Shown here piece after piece: positions 38,258 through 48,857 of a stretch of 64,000 nt of DNA. How positions within the stretch are numbered: position 1 is the stretch's first letter; every line of letters starts with the position of its first letter. This stretch comes from a virus, in IMG/VR virus record IMGVR_UViG_3300046167_000924, positions 1-64,000 of that record. The stretch is one strand, 5' to 3'. A model generated the notes under the pieces. It saw nothing but the letters and a program-made list of their open reading frames with translations. It was not told the DNA's origin and searched no databases. A program made the translations under genes and the position numbers.

Positions 38258-40384
38258 TTATCTATAATAATTATCTAAACTTGGATTCGATCCTGTGGTA
38301 GGGGCGTCCCCGCCAACTACTTGGCTAGGTTTAGCTCCATATAAATTGTATGCATAAACTAAATCTTTAACCTTTGATTGTGAAGCTGTAAATGCATCAT
38401 AAATACCTTTTGCTGCGACATTTTTATTTGGTTTTTGTATCATAGAATCACCTTCTCGTATTACTTGAAAATCAGAAACCCCGTCGGTACCTGCGATTCC
38501 TCGCAATACATTTCTATGAGCCTTTCTGTTGTATTCAGTTAAATACATTTCGCGCAAGATAGCTTGTTCTTCTAAATTAAAACCCTGAGGGTTATACCCG
38601 CTAAAAGAAGTAAATATTAAAGTGTTAAGTTCGCCTAAATGACCTTCGAGCCAATTAGAAATCAATCCAATTTCTGTTGTCCTTTCTTGCCCTGTGTGGA
38701 AACCTAACTCTTCGTCGTATATTTTTGTTGCTAGAACTCCTAGGTCAGTTCCATTATAACTTACTGGATTCTCAAGCCCAATACTAGCAAATAAATCAGA
38801 AAGATCTTCAACCGCCTTGGATAGGCTTGATATTTCCGTTTGATCTAATGCTGGGCTTGCGGCAAGGCTGGAAACATCTGTATCTAAAGAAATGTCTTTT
38901 GCGGCAAGGCTGGAAATTTCTACTGATCCTGATAAAGGATTCTCTGCTAAACCTGATAGACCACTTTCTAACTCTGCATCTTTCGCTGCTAAACTAGATA
39001 TTTCGGTGTTTGCAGATAAAGGGTTTGCAGCCAAGCTAGAAATATCACTTTCTAATTCAACATCTTGCGACGCCAGACTTGAGACGTCTGTGTCTAAACT
39101 TAAATCTTTTAAATTTAAGGCTGTGTCCTGTGCAGCCAGACTAGAAATGTCAGTAGAGTCAACTGCGTTCTGAGCCGCGAGGCTAGAAACATCAACATCT
39201 AAATCTAAATCCTTGGCAGCTAAACTTGAAACGTCTGTAGTCGATTCAGTGTCCTGTGCAGCCAGACTAGAAATGTCAATAGAGTCAACTGTATTCTGAG
39301 CTGCGAGGCTAGAAACATCAACATCTAAATCTAAATCCTTGGCAGCTAAACTTGAAACGTCTGTAGTCGATTCAGTGTCCTGTGCAGCCAGACTAGAAAT
39401 GTCAGTAGAGTCAACTGTATTCTGAGCTGCGAGGCTAGAAACATCAACATCTAAATCTAAATCCTTGGCAGCTAAACTTGAAACGTCTGTAGTCGATTCA
39501 GTGTCCTGTGCAGCCAGACTAGAAATGTCAGTAGAGTCAACTGTATTCTGAGCTGCGAGGCTAGAAACATCAACATCTAAATCTAAATCCTTGGCAGCTA
39601 AACTTGAAACGTCTGTAGTCGATTCAGTGTCCTGTGCAGCCAGACTAGAAATGTCAGTAGAGTCAACTGTATTCTGAGCTGCGAGGCTAGAAACATCAAC
39701 ATCTAAATCTAAATCCTTGGCGGCTAAACTTGAAACGTCTGTAGTCGATTCAGTGTCCTGTGCAGCCAGACTAGAAATGTCAGTAGAGTCAACTGTATTC
39801 TGAGCTGCGAGGCTAGAAACATCAACATCTAAATCTAAATCCTTGGCAGCTAAACTTGAAACGTCTGTAGTCGATTCAGTGTCCTGTGCAGCCAGACTAG
39901 AAATGTCAGTAGAGTCAACTGTATTCTGAGCTGCGAGGCTAGAAACATCAACATCTAAATCTAAATCCTTGGCAGCTAAACTTGAAACGTCTGTAGTCGA
40001 TTCAGTGTCCTGTGCAGCTAGACTAGAAATGTCAATAGAGTCAACTGTATTCTGAGCTGCGAGGCTAGAAACATCTTCGTCTAGCGATACATCTTTAAAC
40101 GCAAGACTAGAAACATCTGAATCGATATCTCTAACACCCGTAGCTTCTGCATTAACGCTTAATTCATATCCATCAAAATTTAAAGCGCTACCAAAATTAA
40201 CATAAAAACCTGAAGAGGAAACTCCAGATACAATATAAGGAACAATCGCAGATGTTAAATCATTATTTAATTCAGTAACGACTGAAGGAGTTTCCAAAAA
40301 AGATTCTGGAAATTCAATAAAATATAAATTAGATCCTTTTTGTAAAGGTTCTATAAATGAAACAACATCTGGATCGCCAGCCAT
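38258..40384 (-). CDS. Repeat-rich coiled-coil fibre protein with non-repetitive C-terminal domain
   Basis: 14-aa (D.SSLAA) repeats in 42-aa superunits; downstream of the capsid genes. Confidence 0.65.
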   Translation of the reverse strand: MAGDPDVVSFIEPLQKGSNLYFIEFPESFLETPSVVTELNNDLTSAIVPYIVSGVSSSGFYVNFGSALNFDGYELSVNAEATGVRDIDSDVSSLAFKDVSLDEDVSSLAAQNTVDSIDISSLAAQDTESTTDVSSLAAKDLDLDVDVSSLAAQNTVDSTDISSLAAQDTESTTDVSSLAAKDLDLDVDVSSLAAQNTVDSTDISSLAAQDTESTTDVSSLAAKDLDLDVDVSSLAAQNTVDSTDISSLAAQDTESTTDVSSLAAKDLDLDVDVSSLAAQNTVDSTDISSLAAQDTESTTDVSSLAAKDLDLDVDVSSLAAQNTVDSTDISSLAAQDTESTTDVSSLAAKDLDLDVDVSSLAAQNTVDSIDISSLAAQDTESTTDVSSLAAKDLDLDVDVSSLAAQNAVDSTDISSLAAQDTALNLKDLSLDTDVSSLASQDVELESDISSLAANPLSANTEISSLAAKDAELESGLSGLAENPLSGSVEISSLAAKDISLDTDVSSLAASPALDQTEISSLSKAVEDLSDLFASIGLENPVSYNGTDLGVLATKIYDEELGFHTGQERTTEIGLISNWLEGHLGELNTLIFTSFSGYNPQGFNLEEQAILREMYLTEYNRKAHRNVLRGIAGTDGVSDFQVIREGDSMIQKPNKNVAAKGIYDAFTASQSKVKDLVYAYNLYGAKPSQVVGGDAPTTGSNPSLDNYYR
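39124..40075 (-). repeat. 126-bp near-perfect tandem repeat, about 7.5 copies
   Basis: GAGGCTAGAAAC recurs at 39179, 39305, 39431, 39557, 39683, 39809, 39935, 40061. Confidence 0.95.
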
Positions 40385-40387
40385 ATA

Positions 40388-40795
40388 TTATCCTTTTAGA
40401 TAGTCTATAACCTCTTTATGTTTGGGGTTACTTGGATCGAGTGTGATTGGTTGACCCATGACTTGAACGCTTCCTTGTCCATGTAAACTGGACTCGAAAG
40501 CTCTTTTGATTTTATTCTTTAATACAGTTTTATTTCCAGATGGAAATACTCCAACTTTTACTGCGAAAGCCTGAAGATCAGTTAAATTCATATCTTCAAG
40601 CATATCTTTAAAGATTCTTTTGTCGTTGGTTTTAAAAGGGTTTATCTTCGCGATACCCAAAATTTCCTCCAACTCCTTGGCTTTTGCTACTTGATCCTCG
40701 TAGCTCTTACCAGTTGTTTGATTGAGTTCTTCAAGCTTTGGGGCTTTTTTTACCGCAGCCTTGCTCGTTTTTTTAGTTGTTTTTTTATTTGCCAT
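40388..40795 (-). CDS. Hypothetical protein downstream of major capsid
   Basis: 135 aa; basic N-terminus, LEDMNLTDLQAFAVKVG helical segment. Confidence 0.65.
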   Translation of the reverse strand: MANKKTTKKTSKAAVKKAPKLEELNQTTGKSYEDQVAKAKELEEILGIAKINPFKTNDKRIFKDMLEDMNLTDLQAFAVKVGVFPSGNKTVLKNKIKRAFESSLHGQGSVQVMGQPITLDPSNPKHKEVIDYLKG

Positions 40796-40850
40796 AATTG
40801 TACCTTATTCCTTTGTATTTTAATACACTATATAATAATGATTTTAAATA

Positions 40851-40879
40851 AAAAATCCACCCCAGTTGCCTGAGGTGGA
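40851..40879 (-). terminator. Rho-independent terminator after major capsid gene
   Basis: Minus strand TCCACCTCAG-GCAA-CTGGGGTGGA-TTTTT. Confidence 0.85.
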
Positions 40880-40907
40880 CTTTTATAAAACGTTAATTCT
40901 ATTTAAA

Positions 40908-42030
40908 TTAAACGATCAGACCAAGTAATACGCGGTCGTCGATGATCATACGTCCCTCTTCAAGAGAACCGTAGTAACCAATCTTAGATTGACGTGTTAC
41001 GAATTGGTCATCGGATACAAGACTAAACTCGTCTCCGGACTCGGAATCGGTAGCTACTGCGCGAATCATAGACTCGCGACTGAGATCAACACCAACAAGG
41101 ATTTGCTCATCTGCCTGCGTAAAGGTTGTCTTTGCGGGGCTAGTTGCAACCGAATAATGGTCATCATAAGAAGCGCTTGAAGATGAGTCGAAGACTTTGT
41201 TCCAAGCTTGATCAACACCCATTTCATTGTACTCTTGAATGGATACGCCATAGAACTCAGGAATTCCAGCGCTATTGAAGATAGCATCGCGCATACTGTC
41301 TGTACCAGCGATATCTGTGTTACTTCCTTTTGTGTTGATTGGGTTATAAGCTAAACCACGAATTTCTTCTACGATTTCAGGCGAAACCAAGATGTCTGTA
41401 ATTCCACGCCCACGACGATCAGCAGGAGTTCCGCCAGTCCAAGAAGTATTAATTCTTTTTGCTCTGGTAAACAACTTATTCAAGTCTGAAAGTAAAAACC
41501 TTCCAGCTTGAGCGGAACGAATAACGTGCTTGTCGTTATTTGTGCTTGCGTTAGCCAATGCAGTCATGATCATGCTGGCAGAAGTTTTTTCTTGTTTAAG
41601 AAGAACTTCTTGAGCCATACGTGTGAATGTCTTGCTTACAACGTCAAGTCTTGAACGAGAAGCGTAGCGCTTGTCGAAGCTCAATGCACTGTCGAGAGTA
41701 TAAGTTGTGAACTTAAGCTCGCTTTGTGAAGGAGCGACTTGGTTTGTTGGAAGACCTCCTGGAACGGATTGACTCCAAACTTGGATGTAATCTTCGTCAG
41801 TAATGTCGTGATAAAGATCCAAAGGAATACTTGGGCTCTCATCGCTGTTGAACTGAAGGCTTGTAAACATGTTACTTACTGTAGGAGCTGCGTTAACAAC
41901 TTCTGCTAAAACTGGACCGATAAATTCAGCCAATGCAGTTTGAGCTTCGTAAGCAACTTCTCTGTTTCTTGGAAGCCATAGCTTTGATAAGCTCGACTTG
42001 CTCGGGTGTTCTTTCTAAAGTAATTTTCAT
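40908..42030 (-). CDS. Major capsid protein (one frameshift near 41965)
   Basis: MKITLERTPEQVELIKAMASK joins NREVAYEAQTALAEFIGPVL if one A is removed; about 373 aa; follows protease/scaffold, has AAAGGA SD and a strong terminator. Confidence 0.7.
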
Positions 42031-42047
42031 TTTCTTTAATTCCTTTC

Positions 42048-42675
42048 TTAGAAGCTGATTTTGCAGAGAAACTTTGTTGCATCGCTGTCTACGGCTATAC
42101 AAGTACCAACAGACGAACCTGCTGATGAGCTTACTCAACTGGCCGTTAGCTCCAACATACAATGCTTCACCAACTGAAGGCTCTTCGCTTGTAGTAAATG
42201 CAGTTTTCTTTAATAAAACTAATCCGCGAGTCAAAACAGGAACTGTTTGACCAGGAAGAACTGCTTGAGCTTCGTCCAATTTTTGTTTATAATAGAGAAG
42301 TTTTTCTCCGTTTTCGTCGTAAGCCAAGGTTTCACGAAGTGTGATACCTAAAGCTACGTCGCCAGCACTTGTAGCAGCGTCAACTGTCATACCGTTAAAC
42401 GGGTATGCGTTATATCCGATGTGTGCACTTGTAGGAGTAGCGCCCAAGTAATCTCTGAGTTTTCCAGAGGTAGCTAGGCCGCTATCCGCGTTGTACATAT
42501 CACCAGTATTCCCCGCTTTACCGGACACAACAACGCCTGCATCCAAACGCCAACTAGTACGCTTCAGTCATCAACAATCGCGTGAGATGAGTATCGCTCT
42601 GTATACGTCAAGAGCGAATAAGTTAACAACGTCGTGTTCACTGTAGTCTCGGTATGGTAGTATTCTTTTTGCCAT
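42048..42675 (-). CDS. Capsid-associated/decoration protein (frameshifted)
   Basis: MAKRILPYRDYSEHDVVNLFALD..., DAGVVV..ALGITLRETLAYDENGEKL..VPVLTRG..., ..GTCIAVDSDATKFLCKISF* spread over different frames. Confidence 0.5.
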
Positions 42676-42694
42676 AATTTTTTTCTTCTATATA

Positions 42695-44312
42695 TTAGTA
42701 TGAAATTTTAACTGATTCTTTGAAGGTCTTCGCAAATCTATCGCGAAGAGATTCTCCTTCAGAAGAGCTTTCATTATTGTTTACGATTGCAGCTTCTTCA
42801 ACTTGAAGGCTGTCAAGAGCTTCTTCGACTTCGTCAGAAGAGTCTTCTTGTTCGGTTTGTGAAGCTTCAGCGACTTCAGCTCACTTCAGGGAGTTTCAGT
42901 GGAAACTTCTTCTGTTGCCTCTACTGTTTCAAGACGTTTAGCAACTTCTTGTGCCACGCGGTCTTCAAAAGCTTTTTGCTCAGTAGCAATAGTTTCTTTG
43001 TTTTTGTGCTTCCAAACCTTGGAAAGTTTTTCTTGATAATTTGCGAAGCTATCTTCTGTTTCGTCTAAATCAGAAAGATCTGCAGGCAAGTATCTTGCGG
43101 TCTTCATCATCAAGTTCATAAACTTCGCTTAAAGCTTCCATGCGGGAGTTAAAACGAACTTCTGCTTCGCGAGCAGAATTTTCTTGCTCTAAAGCTGTAA
43201 GCTGCTCTTTAGTAGAATTAAGTTGCTCTTCGACTTCAAGCATTTTCTCTTGAAGAGAATTTTGAGCCTGAACAGCTTCTTCTTTTTCAGCTTTTGTTTT
43301 CTCGAGGTCAGAAAGATATTGTTCACTTTTCTCTCTGATGGCTTCGATGAAAACTTTAGAAATGCTAGCAACGCTCTCTTCGGAGAAGTCTTGTTTGCCA
43401 AGCTTTTCGTCTAAAGCTGCTCGGAATTCATTGATGATTGTTTCTTTATCCATAATTATATTATTAGGTTCTTTGTTTAGTACATTTTCTTGAGAGGAAT
43501 GGGAAGTTTTTTGATTATTTATAATAATCTTATCAATCGGTTCGTTTCTGCTAGATTCTACCGCTTTGGGCGATCCAACCTTTGTAATCAAGCCTTTTAC
43601 GTCTGCCGCAGGGTTAGAAGTGAAACCAATTCCTAGTGGATAAATATCACCAACAATTAATCGATTAACTTTTCTTCCGTCTTTGAGAGTTCCTTTTCCT
43701 CCGAAAGATTTTAAATATGGGGTGTAAGCTTCTATTTCTTGTGGGTCAGAAATTAAAGAAGATTCGTGAAGATCATCTCCGCCAACAGCGATCACATAAT
43801 CATTAAAGCCAACTTCCCAACTTGCAGAAACAGTATTGAAATAATCTCCAGATTCATCTGTTGAGCTTTCAACGAGATCTGCAAACTCCTTGCTGGCAGT
43901 GCGGTAAACTACAGCGGCAAGCGCTATATTATAAGGGCCTTCCTCGATAAGCGCCTGATCGTCGCTCATTAAATCCGAAGTATTATCATATCGAGAAAAT
44001 CCAGCAGAAACAATATGACCAACGATTCTATCTCGATCATGTTCGATGTTTGTTGGTTTATGAACAAAGTAGTCCTTGACTGCAACTGCGGTTTCGCTAT
44101 CGATACCGTCTCCATTTTTATTAAATTTATTTACAACAGCGGCGTTAAACGCCACTCCCAACTAGGTCAATATTTTTATCCAGATCTATATTCGATGGAA
44201 TCAAAGGTCTCAGCGACTCAAGAGAAGCGCGGCTAATATTTGAATCTTCTATCTGGCTCGAAGCGACGATGATATTATCAAAACTTGCTGTGTATTTATA
44301 CGGTAAAGACAT
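42695..44312 (-). CDS. Prohead protease/scaffold protein (several frameshifts)
   Basis: ATG 44312 after GTGTATA; KPTNIEHDRDRIVGH and VSASWEVGF protease-like motifs; acidic coiled-coil C-terminus; frame breaks near 44160, 43095 and 42885. Confidence 0.65.
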
Positions 44313-44329
44313 GTGAATTAAATATACAC

Positions 44330-46201
44330 TTAGTTTATAAACATGGGAGTAAAGGTGGTAGCTACTGTTTCTACTTTAGAATCCATCATATCATAATAAA
44401 GTTTTATCATCCAATTTCCAAGTACCAATGCAGAATAACTATCTTTTCTCGCTTTTTCTGGCCCAGTTTGCCTTTTTAAACTTGGAGGTAAATCAAAATT
44501 TTGAGTGCCCGCTGAAGAGGTTGTGATTTGAATCAAAGAGCATTGCGTCTTGATCAAATTCATCATATCAAATTGATGCTCAACAAAGTCAATCATTTTT
44601 GCTTCTTTTGTTTGTCGCTCTCCAGATAAAGATGTTCGTAGAAAATTTATTTTATCGATTGGAATCTTTTGTCTTCGCTGAGTATTGTATTCATCATCAA
44701 TCGCACGAGAAGCGAATGCAATTCTGCGGTGATCGAAATTAGATTGCAATAATTCGTTTGCTCGCCTTATCCATTGACTAGTGGGTTTTCGCAAATAACA
44801 AATTGTATTATTATCTAAATTATATTCGCGCTTACCTTCTATTAATTTTTGTTGATAATTTTCTATATCATCAAAGTTTGTATTGATAAACTTTATATTG
44901 ATTTTATTCTCTTTAAACAAACTACTTTCATTCGCAGCATTCATAAACTGTACTCCACCATTATAATCGCCAACAATACTTACAATATTAAAATGTTTTA
45001 ATAAATAATAAAAATAATAAATATGTTGTTTTAAATTTGCTCCAGACAATGCATAGCTGTGAACCACAGTACCAGTTTTCTTTTCGTCATTTAATTTTAT
45101 AACCATCATTGCAAAGTCATCGCTACTCTCACTCTCAGCCCAACTTGGGTCGAACGCAAGAATATACTTTGAATCTGGAGCTCCTTTAATTTCTGTTGTC
45201 GGAGATTCTCCATCTTTTAATGTGCAGGCTGCCATTTTTGAGGTCTTAAAATAACCAGAACTATCGTCAGTAAAAATAGCCCCAAACTCTCGATCAAACT
45301 GACTTTGACTCATAGTTGATTTCGCCTGATCGATCAAATTTTGATCGTACAGCTGCCTGGGAGCGCAATCATAACTAAACTGCATTATAACTCGGTGGGC
45401 ATCCGATTCCTTTTTTCCGCCAACCCGAATGAGCTCTTCAAATTGCTCGTAAGCTTTATACATATATTCAAACTTGTAACTGGCAGAGGACAAAGCTATC
45501 AGTTTATTGTTTGGCCAAATATGGCGATCCTTTTCCTGCATTTTGCCTTGGCGTATAAGTTCTGTTTCGACATTATACAAATCCTCACGCTGTGTTGGAT
45601 TTTCAACAACACTCAAGAATGGTATAATAACCTCATTATAAATTCTTTCGGGCATCAAAGCAAACTCATCAATAATGATTCTGTGAAAACGAAATCCCCG
45701 AAGCTTCTCACCATCACCAAGAGGCAAGGCTCGTATTCTAGAACTTCCAATTTCTAGAAGCCACTCATCATTACTTTTAGATTTGTGAGTTATGCACTGC
45801 GAAAGGTACATAGCTTCAGGCTTAGCGGCGATATCCTCAATTTTTTTGAAAATCATTTTCGCCTGACGAAAAGATTTAGAAAGAATACCAATCTCAACAC
45901 CTTGATTCATTATCGCTTCTAAGTATGCATAAATAGCCGTAGTGAATGATTTACTCATTCCTCGACTCCAAACCCCCATAAAATAATCTGTTTCAAACAT
46001 AGCCTTGATAGCCATATGCTGAAAAGGAAAAAGTTTGACGCCAGATATAAGATCCGTAGTAAAGGTTATATTTTCCCGCAGAAACTTGTATAAAAGAATT
46101 TTAGCCTCTTCCTCTTCTAAATACCCTTCTAGTTCAAACAATTTTTTATTAAAGTCTGGGTCAGCATTTCTGCTTACCTGATTTCCTATTTCCCAAGCCA
46201 T
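44330..46201 (-). CDS. terL: Terminase large subunit
   Basis: LFPFQ..., SRGMSKSF (Walker A-like), LRGFRFHRIIIDEF (Walker B), nuclease AFDPS and KDSYSAL motifs. Confidence 0.85.
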   Translation of the reverse strand: MAWEIGNQVSRNADPDFNKKLFELEGYLEEEEAKILLYKFLRENITFTTDLISGVKLFPFQHMAIKAMFETDYFMGVWSRGMSKSFTTAIYAYLEAIMNQGVEIGILSKSFRQAKMIFKKIEDIAAKPEAMYLSQCITHKSKSNDEWLLEIGSSRIRALPLGDGEKLRGFRFHRIIIDEFALMPERIYNEVIIPFLSVVENPTQREDLYNVETELIRQGKMQEKDRHIWPNNKLIALSSASYKFEYMYKAYEQFEELIRVGGKKESDAHRVIMQFSYDCAPRQLYDQNLIDQAKSTMSQSQFDREFGAIFTDDSSGYFKTSKMAACTLKDGESPTTEIKGAPDSKYILAFDPSWAESESSDDFAMMVIKLNDEKKTGTVVHSYALSGANLKQHIYYFYYLLKHFNIVSIVGDYNGGVQFMNAANESSLFKENKINIKFINTNFDDIENYQQKLIEGKREYNLDNNTICYLRKPTSQWIRRANELLQSNFDHRRIAFASRAIDDEYNTQRRQKIPIDKINFLRTSLSGERQTKEAKMIDFVEHQFDMMNLIKTQCSLIQITTSSAGTQNFDLPPSLKRQTGPEKARKDSYSALVLGNWMIKLYYDMMDSKVETVATTFTPMFIN

Positions 46202-47118
46202 TATATTAATTCCTTATCTATATAGTACTGCAGATCAACGTTCCACAATTTTTTTCCAAGTGTTAATAATTTAGGTATCATAGACTCAGACTTTTTACGG
46301 CTGCCAGTAAATATAAATTGGCAATACCCATGAAACTGATGGTTAAGTACTCGCATGTTATGATAAATATATTTTAAATTAGATTTGTGCGCGCCGCGCC
46401 TATTATTCCGCTCTATCTGATCTATATCGCTTTCTACGACTATAAATAAATAACTATCAAAATCTTTTGTTCTTTGCAGTTCGTATTCAAATCTCTCAAG
46501 ATTATTTTTGCTGAGTGTGGACTTGAAGTCTTGCTCCCCCTTTCGATCTACATAAGTATAGTCGTAATTTTCTCCTCCTACTGCATAATCCCCAAACTCT
46601 AATTTCATGGATTCTGAATTTGGAAAAACTAAAGGTTGCTGTTCACGCGTGTCTATAAATATTTTTATATTGGGGTCTATATTGTTTTTAAAAACTTCGG
46701 GTAATCTCTCACCAAACATTGGCTTTACGCCAGCAGCTTCGCAGGCGGCGGTGTATGAACCGCAATGATGCTGGAATATATCAACGGTAGGTAGATCGTT
46801 GATCTTTAACTCTATATGGCAGGGCGCGGTTTTCAAGTCTTTCGCGGCGACTCTTTTTTGCAGTAAATTAATTATATATTCTTTTACTTTTTTAGAATCT
46901 TCCTTTTCACACCATTTTAACAATTGATCTCTATTTGAAAAATCTTTATTAAAATAATCATCCTTATTCTTAAATGGCAATGGATCACCAGTATATAAAT
47001 TATATCGAGGATAATATTTTGTATAATATTCTGCAAGCATAATTTTGTGCGTTTTTAAATGCGCATGCAAACTCCTCTCGGAAGGAAATTCCTCTGAACA
47101 TATTTTGCAGACGTTCAT
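46201..47118 (-). CDS. C2H2 zinc finger plus ERCC4-like nuclease
   Basis: CKICSEEF..LHAHLKTH; IDTREQQP..GDY..DRK..DF..RF..EL. Confidence 0.7.
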   Translation of the reverse strand: MNVCKICSEEFPSERSLHAHLKTHKIMLAEYYTKYYPRYNLYTGDPLPFKNKDDYFNKDFSNRDQLLKWCEKEDSKKVKEYIINLLQKRVAAKDLKTAPCHIELKINDLPTVDIFQHHCGSYTAACEAAGVKPMFGERLPEVFKNNIDPNIKIFIDTREQQPLVFPNSESMKLEFGDYAVGGENYDYTYVDRKGEQDFKSTLSKNNLERFEYELQRTKDFDSYLFIVVESDIDQIERNNRRGAHKSNLKYIYHNMRVLNHQFHGYCQFIFTGSRKKSESMIPKLLTLGKKLWNVDLQYYIDKELI

Positions 47119-47789
47119 TTTTCGAAATCGTATATTTTAAGCCAAGATTCTGGAAACTTTCTTCTTACTCCCAGCCAGCCCCTTCTCTGCGCAGTCCAAA
47201 ATAACTTGACAAACAAACGAGGCACTCGCAGACCAAATCCGTGGCAGTTTTCCACGGTGGGCGTCTCAGAAAACAACCTTCTATACAAAACACGAAAGCC
47301 AACCTTTTCCATTTTACAATCTTTTATCAATACATTTCTCATCATAGGACGATCAACATCATCGTAATCAGTCCAATTACCTAAATCAATACATGCTCCA
47401 TCATAAAACTTATAAAAAGAATTAACAAAAGTACAATTATTAAAAGATAAATTTTTTACTCCACCTTTTGCAGTAATATGTTGTTTTGTATTTTGAGCAA
47501 TAAAAACGCAATTATTGAAAGAAATATTTTCTCCACGAACAATGTCAACACAGTCTTCGTATCCGCCGCGAATAATACAATCCTCCACCTCCACATTCCT
47601 GCAGAAAGATAGCTTCAAGCCCTCTGCAACACCGCGACCGTCAATTTCACACGATCTTACGCTTAAAGAATACTCTTCTGAACCTGGCCTCCAAGAAAAA
47701 CCTAAAGCGCTTGAGTCTTGGAATTTAGAATTAGGATTTCCAGTATCAGGATTAAAGAAAAATTCTTTTTTTATTTCTATATGCTTCAT
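47115..47789 (-). CDS. Right-handed beta-helix (pectin lyase-like) protein
   Basis: Repeating N(V/I).(V/F)..C.(I/F) strands, EDCVDI. Confidence 0.6.
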   Translation of the reverse strand: MKHIEIKKEFFFNPDTGNPNSKFQDSSALGFSWRPGSEEYSLSVRSCEIDGRGVAEGLKLSFCRNVEVEDCIIRGGYEDCVDIVRGENISFNNCVFIAQNTKQHITAKGGVKNLSFNNCTFVNSFYKFYDGACIDLGNWTDYDDVDRPMMRNVLIKDCKMEKVGFRVLYRRLFSETPTVENCHGFGLRVPRLFVKLFWTAQRRGWLGVRRKFPESWLKIYDFEK

Positions 47790-47804
47790 GCGAAGAGGGG
47801 TTCA

Positions 47805-48857
47805 CTATACTATATCGTCTTTTGACACGCCCAACACCCTAGCCTTCCAGTCTGGCATAGACTCTATATTGTCCGCTTCTTTTTTTGCCGCTTTCTTTTG
47901 CATATCTGCGATTTTAATCATCACTTTTCTTTCCTCTTCTTCTTGAAAAAGTTGTACGAGAGCTAGAATACTAGCGTTTTGCTTGTGCTGTGAAGATATT
48001 CTTTTTGAGCGGTCACCCTGAAGCTTTTGAATCAGAGATTCCATTCTTTTTTCGCACTGATTATACTCTTCACTCTTGGTTTTCAATAACTCTGCAAGTC
48101 GAACAGTTAAATCTTGCTGATCTTCCGCGTCATCAAACATTCTATTCAATTTATTTATAGCTCCCTGTATGTTTTTCAAATGTATATAATCCATGCACAC
48201 ATTAATATATAAATTAATCTCATCATTGCTTAAGTCTGGCTTATCCCAAGTTGCTCTCACGAACTCAGCTTCGAATAAATTTCTATCTTCCATACTATCA
48301 TAGTTATTTATAACCTGAACAAGTCGAGGAGAAGATAAAAAACAACCAAGTGACTCGATCGATTTTCTTTCGCCAATGCTGAGCTTAGACTCTTCGATTT
48401 CCTTTTGGCAAGAATCATTTATTTTTTTTATAATTTTACTGACAGCCTTCGGTGAAGAATAACTCTTATTTACCGCATTTTCTGAAGGATGAATAACAAG
48501 AGATTCTTGACTTTCTACATATTTAAGTACACAATCATACTCTTTTGAGTTTCTGGTTACCCTTATATCCGGAAACAATACAATGGCTATTTGCAAAGCG
48601 CTCATCCCGTCTTGCGTTGAATTTGACGCGAACTCCTGCTGGACACTGGAGAGCTTAATTTCATCTTTTGGGTAAACATGTTTTGTTGCATAGTCAATCC
48701 CGCTTTCTAGCATAAAAGCTCGAACAGCCCTACCCTGCTTACTTCGTCCGTCTATATTATCTATTTCTGGAAATGCTAATTGAGTTAACTGAGTCAAGTC
48801 TGTAGTATTTTTACAGTTCTCAATTACAACTTGCTTTTGATCTTCTGTTAACTCCAT
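47805..48857 (-). CDS. Hypothetical protein (helical, possible DNA-binding)
   Basis: 350 aa ORF coupled to the sigma gene; function not recognised. Confidence 0.6.
   Translation of the reverse strand: MELTEDQKQVVIENCKNTTDLTQLTQLAFPEIDNIDGRSKQGRAVRAFMLESGIDYATKHVYPKDEIKLSSVQQEFASNSTQDGMSALQIAIVLFPDIRVTRNSKEYDCVLKYVESQESLVIHPSENAVNKSYSSPKAVSKIIKKINDSCQKEIEESKLSIGERKSIESLGCFLSSPRLVQVINNYDSMEDRNLFEAEFVRATWDKPDLSNDEINLYINVCMDYIHLKNIQGAINKLNRMFDDAEDQQDLTVRLAELLKTKSEEYNQCEKRMESLIQKLQGDRSKRISSQHKQNASILALVQLFQEEEERKVMIKIADMQKKAAKKEADNIESMPDWKARVLGVSKDDIV

Noticed and set aside
41926-44312. Multiple frameshifts in the protease/scaffold, decoration and major capsid genes as programmed recoding or pseudogenes
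   Set aside because: At least five breaks cluster in 2.4 kb of essential genes. The two I resolved exactly are single-base insertions (extra G near 44160, extra A near 41965) with no canonical slippery sites, and the rest of the window is clean. A low-quality sequence patch is most likely; check by read mapping.
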